Source: Yuukianura sp. NJ FZ-2021 (taxonomy: Eukaryota). From it: a stretch of DNA of 64,000 nucleotides. How positions within the stretch are numbered: the first letter of the stretch is position 1; each line of letters opens with the position of its first letter. Positions 48,210 through 62,121 of this stretch are shown piece by piece. Both the position numbers and the translations under genes were made by a program. Location of the stretch: assembly GCA_046563655.1 (NCBI GenBank), contig CM102289.1:3968001-4032000 (forward strand), in the 5' to 3' direction. Below the pieces are notes generated by a model. That model was not told where the DNA came from and made no database searches. It saw only the letters and a program-made list of their open reading frames with translations.

Positions 48210-50493
48210 ATGTTATTCACGTTGACTTTAATTTTTTGTATAACTTTGCTTTTATGGGGGTTTAACATTCTATCACGTCCAAAAAACTATCCTCCAGGTA
48301 AGATTTGTTATTTTAAATAAAAAATTAAAAAAATTTTTTTTTGTCAAACTTCATTTGTCTTAGGACCATTTCGGTTTCCCATTGTTGGAACGTTGCCCCT
48401 GCTAGCAATTGGAGGATTTCAGGAGAACTTGAGCAAATGGAGAAACCAATTTGGAAATATTTTTAGCATCTATGTGGGTCCAATTAGGTAAAACAGACTA
48501 TGATCATGGCGTTTATTCATTTATATACATACTTATTTTTTATTGTTGAATTTCGGTAGCATTGTTGTTCTAAACGACTACAACTTGATCAAAGAGGCTT
48601 ATTCCATGGAAGAATTTACTGGACGACCATTCAATCCACAAATTCGGGAGATTGCGGGTGATGGACGCAGGGGTATGACCATCATATCTAAAACATTAAG
48701 TTAAACCAAACCAAGGTTCCTTGACAACCAAATTGTATTCCTACAACAGGTTGTGCAATAACTAAAAAATCTCAAAAGAATATTTTTTTCTTCCAATTTG
48801 TATTAGACAACAGGTAAATAATTACTATAAAAATATAGATATATATAGGGGAAAATTTTTTTAACAATTCTCAAAGCATTGCGTGATTGGACAACCCGGG
48901 GTAGAAAAAACTTTTTTGTCTTTTTTACGAACCTTGAGTTAAACCTACTCTTAACAAATTAGGCGGCAAATGTCATGAAATGCTTCACTCTAATTCTGCA
49001 GGACTTGTAGCTTCAGAAGGTGCTCAATGGGAAGCTCAACGTCGCTTTGCTCTGCGACATTTGCGTGATTTTGGCTTTGGTAAAAGATCTCTAGAATCAG
49101 CAACGCACGAGGACATAGTTGACCTCATAGCTAAGTTCAAACAAGACGCAGGTCAACCGATTTCAACAGCACTCAGATTCAACCTGTCCGTCGTCAGCTC
49201 CCTCTTGCGTATCGTCACAGGTCAAAGATATGAACTGGATGACCCTGAGTTGTGGAATGTCATCAACAAGCTAAAAGCGTAAGAATCAAACGGATATTCT
49301 TTCCTTCAATATAAACTGTGCAATGATATTGATAATGCGTTTTGAGCTGGGCTATATTTTTAATCAGCGCCATTACTACCTCGACTGGAATCACACCAGC
49401 GCTATTTTCACTGACATGGCTAGTAAAAATCGCACCAAACTTAATTGGTTGGACTCGATTTAAAGATGGCATTGAAACTGCAAAGGAATTCATGAAGCAG
49501 CAAATTGAAGAACACAAAAACACGTTTCAGGAGGGAAACTTTCGAGACTTCATTGATGTCTACATTAACGAAATGAAGCAAACAACTGATCCCAAGTCTT
49601 CATTTTTTAATAGTGCTGGCGGTAAATTCTAAAATGTAAAATTAAATTATATAATTTTTCAGGTTGAGGAGTTTAGTCCTTTTTTTTGTTACAGAAGAGA
49701 ATTTACAAATAACGACGCTAAACCTATTGGGTGCTGGCTCAGAAACTACGAGGTAGCAATTCAATTAATCAATTAACGTCAGAACATTATAGTGATAAAA
49801 ATCGGACTAAATTTTAAAAATTGCAGCTCAGCGTTGACATGGGCCTTGTTCTACTTAGCTCAAAATCTAGAAATCCAGAAAAAGTTTCAGGCTGAAATTG
49901 ACGCTGTTGTTGGGCGATCAAGACTGCCGAGCTTAGCAGACCAAGACTCGTAAGCTTCTACGAAGTACACGTTTTTATTAGTTTTAACTTTATTTTAGTT
50001 CATATTAGTTTAATTGGGTTTTTAACGTAGCCCATAAACGTTTTTTTTTAGAATGCCCTACGTTGTTGCAACTATCCAGGAAATGTTCAGAAAAGTGTCT
50101 TTCGCGCCACTTGGAATTCCGCATAGTACCATGACTGAAGTCAACTTTCACGGTTTTACAATTCCAAAAAACACGATTATCATGGCAAACATCTACGATG
50201 TGCATCACAACAAACAGATTTGGGGTGACCCAGAAGTTTTTCGACCTGAACGATTTTTGACCCCTGATGGTAAAGCACTGGTCAAAGGTCATCCCCCTGT
50301 AATTCCATTTGGCATTGGTAGAAGAGTGTGCATTGGAGAAACCTTGGCAAGAAACAATATTTTCCTGTTTCTCGTTAGTCTCCTTCAGACGTTTCACATC
50401 AAGTCACCAAAAGTTCTTGAGGAACCGAAAATTCCAGGCGGCGTTTTTCGATTTCCACCAGAATTCATGGTTGTTTTTGAAGAGCGACAATAA
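48210..50493 (+). CDS. Cytochrome P450, CYP2 clan
   Basis: N-terminal anchor + YPP|GP..FPIVG, WEAQRRF..LRDFGFGK, RDFIDVY, I-helix AGSETT, ExxR (EMFR), PERF and heme motif FGIGRRVCIG. Confidence 0.95.
48705..48942. mobile_element. Putative MITE in P450 intron
   Basis: Starts ACCAAGGTTCCTTGACAACC...CAACAGGTTG and ends ...GAACCTTGAGTTAA (weak inverted end). Resembles the ends of the repeats at 62122-62395 and 63893-64000. Confidence 0.35.
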
Positions 50494-51154
50494 ATAGCTT
50501 TGTCGATAATATTCTTTAAATCAAAATCACCTCAATTAATAATTTTACTGAGAGTACCAAGCACTACTTTTCGAGACCGAAATTAAACAGTTTAAAGTAT
50601 TTGATGTTATATTTTTAATTATCTTATCATTTTTTTTGGAAACCATTAAAAGCAAAAACATTTTTTGCTCAAACTCTCCTAATTTTGATAACTTAATTTT
50701 GACGTTGTGTTTGACTTAATTGAAGAGCATAATAAATTAAAATTTTTTAGATTTATTTGTTCCTGCCTAAATTATTTAGAACACCATCGTGACCTACATT
50801 GTTTGAGTTCGTCTTTGAGTAAACTCAAAGAAAGGACAAGGTCAAGGCTTCGAGTTCAAAAACGTGTACCTTGTACTATAAAAGGAAGAGTTTTCCTTCG
50901 GAAATCTTTTGCTGTTTTATTTCTGAAGTGGGCCGCCGCTTTGAAGAATTCGAAAGGCCTTTACCCATCTTTTGTCGTTAAATTTAACGAATTAGGTTAT
51001 TAAAACTATTTTTTGATTACTTTAAAAAAACTTAGCGTTGTGAGCTTCATTTCCAAGCATTATTGAACTCAAGCTGCGTTAAACTTTAAGGTAAGCAAAA
51101 GAAATCAATTTTGGGTTTAGATGAAACAATTACATTTCAACATGAATACTTTAG

Positions 51155-52408
51155 ATGGCGAGAGTAATGCTGAAATTTGTGGGATTAAGCTTGTTCACAT
51201 TGGTTTCTGGAGCTACAATTTCAAATATAACCGAAACTTCACCTTTGATCAGCATCTATCAACCAATGGGTTTACAAAGCCTTCCGGATTTTGAATTCGG
51301 GAGTGATGAAATTGAAAGCAAGAATTCATTACTAGAGTCGGCAGCATCAGAACACCAAGGATATTTTTTGAATTTGGACGACGAGCGGATACGACGCTTA
51401 CGACGGGCACCGGAAGAACAACCGCTTACTTCCGATGAGAATGGGCTCCTTATTCGCACTGAATTTTTAGACTCGTTGCGAGAATTCGTTCCTGCTCGAA
51501 CAAAACGATCAAACGCTGATCAACTTAACATTGATGACGAGCTATTAACTGATACCGAAAATGGAGTTGGATTTTTATGGGAAAGCAAAGGAGAATCTGT
51601 TCAAGATGAGCGGAACAGTGAAAGCGATATTTTGGTAAACGGATTTAGCAAGAAAAGTCCTTTCTTTTCTTTTTCCAGAAAGCTGAAAACGAACACAAGT
51701 CAACTTTTTTGTTTAATTTCTTGTACTTTGTACTTATAGGATGATTTTGCATCAGACTTTCCAACATCAGAAGAAGCATTATTTGACACAGACTTTCCAT
51801 CCATGGAAAACGAGTTTACATCGATATTCTCTGCGGAACTGGACAACGTTGATGCCCATAACGACGATCAATTTTTTGACGGAGGAGACCAAGACAGTAC
51901 AACTACACTATCTGTATTAAATTCAGCGGATCAGAATACGGAAACCGAAGAACAGACTACCACGACTACTGAAAACTATGCAACGATGACAATTGAGACG
52001 CCTACAGTTTCATACCAGCCAACATCATTGCTCTTGTGTTCCGAAAATTTCAACGAAGCACCTTGTCTAAAAGAGATTCCGGAGGATTCTTCACCAACAA
52101 ACGCTACGCCGATTCCAACTTCAACTGAAACGACTGGATCTGCGTTCACTTCGAACTTGCAAAATAATAACTCCGATTTAGAAGAAGCGGAATCAGCGGA
52201 TTCACAAAACAGTGCATCGGAAGAGGCAGCTAGCGACACTGCAATAAACTCTCCAACGATCCAGTTAAATGCTGACCAAACCGGAGCATTTAACCAAGGA
52301 CATCATTTTGTTGTAAAGGCTCCAACAAGTACTACAACGCAGCGCCCTCTACTTAAGCTTACCAAATTTGCTGAAAACCTGCTTTCACTTTTCCTAGGAA
52401 ATCCGTAG
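51155..52408 (+). CDS. Secreted acidic Ser/Thr/Glu-rich low-complexity protein
   Basis: Signal peptide MARVMLKFVGLSLFTLVSG. Exons 51155-51634 and 51740-52408 join in phase 0. Basic clusters RIRRLRR and RTKR. Confidence 0.75.
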
Positions 52409-53010
52409 CCTAATTCTTACTATCAAACAAACGAAAGCGGTAACAGCTTGATTACAGTAGATAGCAGGGACATTGACAAATAAAGTTCAGATTAAGTTTC
52501 CCATCCAGTTTTACACTAAATCCAGTTTGGAGTGAATTAAAAAATTTATTAAAAATTACGTATTAAAAACGAAACGCTTAAAATGCGATATGATGAGAGT
52601 AGATTTTCGAAATAAAATAGTAATGAATAACTTTGTTCCACTTCTAAGCGGTGTGTAACATTCTTGGTTCAAATGTCAATACCACTTATGTATCCTTGCA
52701 TTGCAATTAGCTTTATCATAAACCGGTTCTTTTGAAATCTGAATTTACAAAACGAAGGCGAGCCTTCCACTACTAAAGAATGTAGGCAAATCAGGAAAAA
52801 AAATTATTGCAAAACTGAGTTTCATAAAAAAAACTACGTATGGTTCATGCAAAAGCATGAACAACAAAAATTGTGCTTCGCATTGCGCACATTTGCGTTA
52901 CACGACTTCTCGCACGTGTTCGTTGTTCTTTTGAACAAGAAAAAAAAGAGAAACTACAATGGTAAAAGATAGAATTTTTATTAATTTTTAATTTTTAATT
53001 TTTTAACACA

Positions 53011-54703
53011 ATGATTGTTTTCTTGCTTTTTCTGAAAGAGTGCGTTCTTCATATTTTGTGTTGCTCAGCAACGCTAATTGTTATTGTTCCAGTGTCAGTA
53101 ACATTTGGAATTTTTGCGTTAATCAAGTGGACAATCAATTATTTTGTTATTCGTGCTCATCCGACGTGGACACCTTTAAGTGCTTTTGACCTCGCATGTT
53201 CCGTTTTCTTCAACCAATTCGACACAAAGGAAGCTTTCAACAATATTGGATTCACAATAGTTCTCGATACAGAAGTGACATTAGAACAAATCAGAAAAGA
53301 TTTTTGCCGTCATTTGTTGGATGTAAAGTCTGGGTCAACTGCCCATGCGCAAACTGCGGAGTATGCATTTGATCGACTCCGAAAGCGTCCCGTAAAATGT
53401 TTTGGAAACTACTATTGGAGAGACATTCCAAACGACAAGATTGACCTCACCAAATTAATAATTGAGCGGAAGATAGTGGCGAAGACTGACCTGCCCAAAT
53501 TTTTGAGCGATTGGCTGAGGGTGAACTTTGACCCAAATGGACCCATGTGGGAAGTTGTAATTTACAGAGATGAAGATGAGTACATTGGCAAAACAGTTTT
53601 GGCTTTCAAAATGAGTCACGTGCTGGGTGATGGAATAACAATTCAACAAATGGCTGAAGCCATTTTCACTTCGAACGAAAACAATAACAACGTTATTACA
53701 GTTTCTCAAACTTCCGCCACGTCGAGAAAGTCAACGCTAAGCTTGAAGACTGTTTTGGCTGCTCCTCGCATGCTTCTAGGGCAAGCTTCAGCAATCTTCC
53801 TCCACTCCGATCTCATTTCAAAAATGAAAAAGTCTCATGAAATGCTTCTGACACTTGCAACGATTGATCTTGAGCCAGTGAGAACGTTGGCGCTTGCAAA
53901 TCAATGCAAAATCAGTGATATCTTGGTCACTGTTTGGTGCAACGCGTTGCGCAGAATCCTGTTGGATTTAGGCATCGCTGAGCAGAAACTACCAAGCAGT
54001 GTACGAGTCGTTTCACCCGTAGCAATTCCAGGGCGAAAAGCGAAAATGCTCAATGCAATGTAAGGAAGCTTGATAAATTTGTTTTGATGGTTTTGATTTC
54101 TTAGACAGTTTTATTTGTCTTACAATTGTTTTGTTTTCTGATTTCATCCAGGTCAATTGGAATCTTAGAAATGAATATCCGCAGCAGGGATCGAAACCAG
54201 AAATTAGCACAGCTATTGGAACAGTCCAGAAATAATGTGGAGTACGGTCTGTATGATGTGATGGAAATTTTTTTGAAATTAGCATACTTTTTACCATTGT
54301 GTTTTGTAATTCCCCCGGAGAAAGCTCGGCCTGGAGTGTCCTGTGCAGTGAGCAGTTACCCCATTCCGAGTTTGTTGACGTCAAAAAAGCTGGCGTTTGG
54401 AAAATATCATGTTTCGCACTTTTATGCAATTCAACAACTATTCACAAAGGAGTTTGGTGTGTTCCCAACGCCTTTCTTTTTAGTACTAAATTTATTTATT
54501 TATCGTACATACTTAATTATACATACATTTATTGTTTGGCAGGGTTCACGAGTACATTTGTTACAAACAACGGCCGAATCGACATAACAGTGTCTGGGAA
54601 CAAAGGGGTAGTGAATTCTCAAGAACTCATGGACAGATTTCAGAAATACTTGATCAAAGAAGTTCATAATCTAATGGATACTTGCAGCGTGTCCGCAGTG
54701 TGA
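53011..54703 (+). CDS. Wax-ester synthase/DGAT (WS/DGAT)-like O-acyltransferase, copy 1
   Basis: N-terminal hydrophobic segment, F-DPNGPMWEV, catalytic-loop variant FKMSHVLGDG (HHxxxDG family), and C-terminal TFVTNNGRIDITV. Three coding exons. Confidence 0.75.
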
Positions 54704-55603
54704 CGCAAAAAATCTTCATTTATTTTGTCATAGGAACAATCAAATTGTACATACATATGCATATTATCGGGAAAAAGATAAGAAAAACTAGATATAGAAA
54801 AAATACTGACATCAGAGTAAAAGCCTTTGGAAAATATGCCTTTCACGCTTTTCCCATAAGGTATACAATAGCTACTCACAAATAACATTAGTATGTTACC
54901 AGCTTAATCCTTAAATATATTTTGTATTAGTTTAGTACAAAAAGCAAATTCATTAATATCAAAGCTTTACGCGTACCACTACTGCAATCAAACGGCAAAA
55001 TTGAAGTCACTAAGTCGGGAAATGGCAACGTAGAAGTTTTCCCAATTGGACGGGTTTTAGAAATATTTGGTGGACCAAACTCAATGTGTAATGGATATTT
55101 GTGATATTTTTACAGTGTGATGAATGCAAACTTAACCTGTTTTTAAGAACTATACCATTCAATAATTTCAATCACTTTAAAAACCGGTTTGTCGATACAT
55201 TATCCAAGACAGAATTAGGAAACTTGTAGAAAAAGTAAACTGAAAAAATTATTTCATAGAACCTCACATGAGAAGCTTCCAAGAAGAAGCTTCCAGAACA
55301 TTTAATTTTAAGTTAAAACGACGTTTTTGCACACGTAGGGCATTGCTGTAAGAAAAAGCAATAATATATAAGTTGCGTTAATGAATATATGGATCCGTGA
55401 TTTCAAACTTTCGTGTTGTCTAAAGCTAGTTTCATAATTAAGTTTAATAATTAATAAGCAAGTTTAGTTAATTAAGCAATAATTAATAAGATTAATAAAG
55501 CAAGTTTAGTTTCATAATTATCACATTTTGGTTTCAAGGGCGTGATTACTCAAGTTGAAGGCATTGATTGATTTCTACGTTGGTATAATTAAAATTAAAC
55601 CTT

Positions 55604-57427
55604 TCAAACAGTTTGCAACATGCAACAATCGCTTAACAAATGAAGTTCTTCTTTCAAATAAGCTGGGAACAAATCCAATGTTGCCTGGGTATTTACGACG
55701 CCGGTATTGGCAGCAATTGCAACGTCGATTTTTTCTTTGCAAGTTGTGACAAACGTTGCCGTGAATGCTATAAATATCCAAAAAAAATTAATTAAAAATA
55801 AATAGGGTTTCCTTAAAAGCTTTTAGCTAGAAAACTGCTAAGGATTTATTTAAAATAAACAATTTTTTTTAAAAGGTTATAAGAAATCGTAGGCGACCTA
55901 CCCAAGTCTTTTGTAAATAGCTGCTGGAGGACAAAAAAATTCGACGCTGGATACCTTCCGAACGCCAAATTTTGGCTTTGTACTAAACACGGTATAGGGA
56001 AGCTTGTGACTGCGCATGTGACTCCTGGTTTGGCTTTTTCTGGTGGAATTACAAAACATAATGGTAGGTAGTATGCCAATGCCATAATTCCTTGCATCAC
56101 GTCATATAGCCCGGAATTCAGATTGTGCTGCGATTGTGCAACAAGAGCGGAAAGCTTTTCTCTGCGGTTTGGATTTTTAATTTGTGCGTCCACTATGGCC
56201 ACAGTCCTAGAAGTAAAAAGTATTCGATTTGAAAGTTAACGATTGTTACGCATGTTGAATACGGATATGAACTTATTAGTTGAAGTTACTTCTAAGTTTA
56301 CGTAAGATTAATTAAAGGCTGGTTTAGAAAATTATAAAAATAGTTTGTATAATTCGTAAAAAGTTTATGCTTAATTACAGGCTGTTGCCCATTTTCTTGA
56401 CGTTTCCTGGGATAGCTCTGGGTGAGACTATTGCAATGTTTGACGGCAACTTTTGTTCCTCAATTTCCAAATCCAGCAGGATTCTACGCAAAGCGTTGCA
56501 CCAAACACTCATCAAAATGTCACCAATTTTGCACTGGTTCGCATGGGCTAAAGCCCTCACTTGTTCAAAATTCATCGTTGAAAGAGTGAGAAGCATTTCA
56601 TTAGACTTTTTCATTTTTGAAATAAGATCAGAGTGGAGGAAGATAGCTGCTGCTTGGCCAAGGAGCATGCGCGGAGCTGCAAGAACAGTCTTGAACCTCA
56701 GCGTTGATTTTCTTGACGCGGAGGAAGTTTCAGAAACCGTAATAACGTTGTTATTGTTTCCGTTCGAAGTGAAAATGGCTTCAGCCATTTGTTGAATTGT
56801 GGTTCCGTCACCCAATACGTGACTCATTTTGAAAGCCAAAACTGTTTTACCAATGTACTCATCTTCATCTCTGTAAATTACAATTTCCCACATGGGTTCA
56901 TTCGGGTCAAAGTTCACCCGCAGCCAATCGTTCAAAAATTTTGACAGGTCAGTCTTCGCCACTATTTTCCGCTCGATTATTAATTTGCTGAGGTCGATCT
57001 TGTCGTTAGGAATGTCTCTCCAGTAGTAGTTTCCACAACATTTTACGGGACGCTTTCGTAGTCGATCAAATACATATTCGGCAGAAATCAAATTCTCTGT
57101 TGTCTTGTACTTCAAGTCCAACAAATGAGTACCAAAGTCATTTCTGATTTGTTCCAGAGTCACTTCGGCGTCCAGAACTATTGTGAAACCAACATTGTTG
57201 TACGCCTCTTTCGTGTCAAATGGGTTAAAGAACACTGAACAGGCGAGGTCGAGGGCGTTCAACGGAGTCCATGTCGGATGAGCACGAATTACAAAGTGAT
57301 TGACTGTCCACTTGATTAACACAAAAATTCCAAAAGTTACTGACACTGGAACAATAACAATTAATGTTATTGTCCAAGACGCAATTTGGAGAAAACTTTC
57401 CTTTATTATTGTCACAAAGAAATACAT
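55604..57427 (-). CDS. WS/DGAT-like O-acyltransferase, copy 2 (inverted, convergent paralog)
   Basis: Core nearly identical to 53011-54703, including SHVLGDG, with the same three-exon layout. The last exon is FTATFVTTCKEKIDVAI...LQTV* (TGA 55604-55606). Confidence 0.75.
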
Positions 57428-59533
57428 TATAATAAACAAAAGCCAAATAAATTCGGTGAGTGATTTGCTGTTCCTCTTTTATAATTTGGTGCTAAATATT
57501 CAACGTTTTAAATTCTTGGTGATTGTTTGTTGCTCAAGTATGATCTGATAACTGAAAAAATTTAAGTTCAGTCTTTATACTATAACGGAGATTTATTTCA
57601 TAGTGGCTTCATTGTAAATTCTTGTAGAATATTAAAACCCATCTCTTCCACGCGTCCTCCCATTTTTCTTTCGTGATATTTGCTTCCTGATTAATACCTA
57701 GTATACATAGTTTTCTGGAACTTTAATTGAACTTTATAGGAACTCAAGACATATTTGAGAATTCAGCGGGTGGTACAGATGTACATATGAATTGTTATTG
57801 TTATTGTCTAGTGACAGGATAGGAAAGATACCAACAATCATCCTTGTGACTTGATTTATTTGCGTCAAAAGATCAAACTGTAAACAACCTGTGACGCACC
57901 TTTGTCATTCCTTTGTTTTACCAGAGGCTTTTGTATAAAAGCACGCATTTTCGAAACATAACACCTTCACACAAAAAATTTCTACGTAAACTATCGGAAT
58001 TACAAATTAATCTTTTTCTTGAATTTCGAAATTTTAAAAATATGAATCAGCTTGAAAATAATTATGAATTGCAAAAGTATCAAACTGCTCTTATCATAAG
58101 AGTCAGGTGAGTTATAATACTGGATTTGGGAATTTTTTTTCTTATTTTTATTTTAACAAAAAAAAATGAGAAAAAGTGGTCGAACCAGTTGAACTCACTT
58201 ACCGTACACTCATCTATGCGTGTATTGAAAGTGTATTAAAGTGTATTAAACGCTGAAAACAAAAACAACGTCGCTTTGTTGAGCGACCTTTTCTGTCTTT
58301 AGCATTAGACAAACAATGTAAATAATTAATATTGTTGTTGTGTGGAATATTTCCATGTGGTATATATTTCCACTTCCTTATTCTGATTTTCTGCCGATCG
58401 ATCCAATAACTTTTATTTATGATATTACTATATCTACAAAATTGAAAAGAAAGCAGAGACGTTGTTAAATTATGGCTACCTGTAAACGGAACTGAAAAAT
58501 AAGGTTAACACGGTAAGCGACGTAGGAAGAAAATTCAGCTCTTCAAGGTGTGCCGAAACGCCATGCACCGTCAATAGTTCTATTTTCTAATCCACATACA
58601 GATCTATAAATATTTTGAAATTTGAAATTTGAAATTTTGAAATTTTAATTTTGTTTTTATACGTCACAAGTATACTATAGTATAGTAGTGAAGCTATTCT
58701 ATGCAAATTTTCAGTTCCTTTTGTAAAAGTATTTGAAATTTAAACTTGATTTTTCTTCATTATGTTTGGAAAATGAGAACAGAGAATTAGTAAATTTCGT
58801 CCTTAACCGTTAAGAGGATTTGTGAACGCGTATTATACGCGAGTGTGTATTACAGCCATGCAAATACGTATCAGCATCAGAACGTGGACAAATTGAAACG
58901 TTTTTGGACGTAGATGGATGTTATCTGAAATTTGTAGACAAAACTTATAATCTTTGTGTATGCCAGTTGTCTCTAGACAGTTACATGGGTAATGACAATT
59001 GCACGTTTAATAAGTGTGAGATGATAGAAAAGTTATGTTCACCGCTATTGATTTTGAGGGCGTCAACAATTGACACTTTTATATAACAGTCGAGACCACT
59101 GACCCACAATTCACAGTTCAGCTTCCAAGTAAAGGAAGGGAAAGTTCTTGAGGAGCCTCAATTTTCCACCACGGCGCTTGAAAAGGGAGAGTATGAGTTG
59201 AACGGACTTTGTCATCAGCACTTCAAGAATTCTTTTATTAAGCCACAAATTCCTCCATCACTTCCTTCCTAGCATGACTAAGAAGGATTTTTGCACAAAA
59301 ACTTCCAAATTCCCTGCATTCAATACTAATCCTCCTTGCAAATGCCTTGCACTTCTTAGTACGGTCTTGAAAGAGCCTAAAGGACAATAAAAACGAGCTT
59401 TTTGAAATTTCCAATTATCAACTAATCATTTGACGTTGACCTGTGTAAAGTGTAACCTTATAAAAGTGAAATTGAAAAGTACAGCTCGATCTACACACTG
59501 AAGTTTTAAAGATATATTTAAAAATTTTGAGTG

Positions 59534-61981
59534 ATGGGTGGCGTGTGTGGTAAACGAAAGCATTCAATCAACATTATAGAAGTAGGAGAAAATGTGATTA
59601 CGACAAAATCAAATTCTACGGAACCGACAACTCCAGAAGAGAAATGTGAGATTTGAAATTAGTAAGAACAATTGTAAGAACTTCTGAATTTCATTTTTAC
59701 CACTCACTCTTAGCTTCATTCCTTGTTGGAGATGTGTCTAGTATCAGAGACGACAAGTAAGCGGAGCGGATGCTTGTAACTTTAATGTTAATTGTTTCTT
59801 CAACAATGAAACATTTTTATTATTTGAAAAGGTTCACCGAAGTAAAAATAGGAGAGGATAAGTCAATTCTGGTGGCAAAACATGAGAGTGAGTTTTATGC
59901 CATTGGGGCCAAATGTTCACACGCAGGGGCGCCATTGATCAATGGAGTCCTGATCGATGGGAAAGTTCGTTGCCCATGGCATGCGGCTTGTTTTGATATC
60001 AAAACAGGTGAAAACTATGTTTTGCAGTGAAGATTTATATATTTAATTACAACTAAATAATTATTATGTACTTACGCTTACTATATATTAATATTTACAA
60101 TGTGACCTTCAGGTGACCTTGAAGATTTTCCTGGATTCGATTGTATTCCATCCTACCCTGTGAAGCAAGACGGGTCTAACTTATATGTTCAAGTGAGCAC
60201 AAAAACGTTTGTCGAAAAGCGACAAAAACTAATGATGCGCTGCACAAACAACAAAAAAACTGTCATTATTATTGGGAGTGGTAAGAACTTTAAAAATTTT
60301 TTGAAGCTTTAACGTTTTTTTTCCAAATCATGACCCTGAAACATTTCAAAATAATTAATCACCTTAAAAATCTACTCAATTTCTAGTTTCAGTTTTTTCT
60401 GAGCACAAGAATGTCTGTTTTAGGTCCTAGTGGATACTGTTGTGCGCAAACACTACGGGAAGAAGGTTACGACGGACGAATTGTAATGCTCACATCGGAT
60501 GCGTATTTGCCATATGATCGTACAAAACTCACAAAGAAATTTGGGTGCCAGTTTGCCGATATCAAAACTAGAAATGAAACATTTTACAAAGTAATTTTCT
60601 ATTATTCGGTTTTCATGCAACTCAAATTTTGGTAAAAATTTGACATTTTCGGTTTACTCTTATCATTTTTCTACTATACTACCTATTCTACAGGATAATG
60701 ATATCGAAGTTTTCTTGGAAGCAACAGTACAGAATGTGGATGTCAACCGCCGCACAGTTACATTTCAGCATCACTCACTAGCAGAGTTATCGTTTGACTG
60801 TCTCTACATTGCCGTTGGAATGAAGTAAGTATTTGTAGCAATTTTTGAATTTGAAATTTATTTGTTTCTTCATTCTTCAACTCTTCAAAAAATACTAAAA
60901 TTACCGCTTTTTTAGACCAAGGCGTTATTCACCCAGCATCCCAGGCGAGCACCTCAAAAACATTTTTACATTGCACGAGTTGCGTGAACATATTGAAATT
61001 ACAGAAAGAGCAACAGGAAAAGACGTAGTTCTCGTCGGATCATCGTTTATTGCAATGGAATTGGCAGAACTGCTGAGCCCAGCGGCCAATCACATTCATA
61101 TTTTATCCAGAGGTAGAGTTCCTTACAGTGCCGCTTTTGGAGAACCTACAGGCGAAGCCCTTCTGAAACATTTTCGCGGAAAACTTCAAAATGTGACATT
61201 TCACCCCCAGACTGAAGTCAGAGAGTTTGTAGAAAACAATGGAGAAGTATCTGGAATAATAACGACTGGAAATGAAATGATCTCGTGTCAAATGGTTGTG
61301 CTTGCAATAGGAGGAGTAGCCAGCACGTCATTCCTGGAAGAATCTGACATTGAACTTCATGCAAAAACAAAAACACTTTTGGTCAATGAGGTAAGTCAGA
61401 CAATTTCGAAGTGCTAGGCTATAAATATGGCATGCATGTTGACGTTTGACTTATAACATAGTACTTGGAGACCAATTCTAAAGGGATTTTTGCCGGAGGA
61501 GACGCTGTTACATTCCCAATTGACCTCTCTCCAAATAAAATCGGAAGCGTAGCCCACTGGCAACTGGCGTCAAAGCATGGCAAAATTGCAGCCTTGAATA
61601 TTCTCGGTCGTCAGGAGAGCGTGCGAAAAGTAGTTCCGTTTTTTTGGACAAATGTGTGTGGAGTGCAAGTGAGATACACGGGTAAAACAGAATATGGAAT
61701 ACATACCTACATGTATAAAAATGAATTGGATCACAGAATTTTCAATTACGGTTTTTGATTTTTTTTAAGGTTATGGCGAAGGTCATGATGAGACGCTTGT
61801 ATTTGGAAGCATGGATGAATTAAAATTCTGCGTCGTGTACCGCAGCAATCAACGTCTAATGGCCGTCTGCTGTGTGGCGTGTGGCAATTTGGCGTCTGAA
61901 CTTGCACTGATTTTCCAGAAAAACAGCGAGTGGATTTCTGCAATTCCGGAAGCTATCACAAAACGCTTCCCAGATAACTAA
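59534..61981 (+). CDS. AIFM3: AIFM3-like Rieske + FAD/NAD(P) oxidoreductase
   Basis: Rieske CSHAGAPL..G...VRCPWHAACFDIKTGD.EDFPG, IIGSGPSG, PYDRTKL, VLVGSSFIAME, IFAGGDAV, HWQLASKHG, VPFFWT and RYTGYG. Confidence 0.9.
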
Positions 61982-62121
61982 GTTGTAGAATAATGGGACA
62001 TAAAAACTAATTTATCGCCGTTTAAATTTATTGGAATTAAATTTTTGATTATTCTTTTTTTTTAATCAAACTGTAACTTTCAACTACATTACAATGTCAA
62101 TTTGTTTTGAAACCTTCCGTT

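Noticed and set aside
55420..55525. AT-rich repeated AATTAATAAG/GCAAGTTTAG units
   Set aside because: A short degenerate low-complexity repeat with no further structure.
57500..59500. Short ORFs and (TTTGAAA)n run between WS/DGAT copy 2 and AIFM3
   Set aside because: No recognisable coding signal. Low-complexity intergenic DNA.
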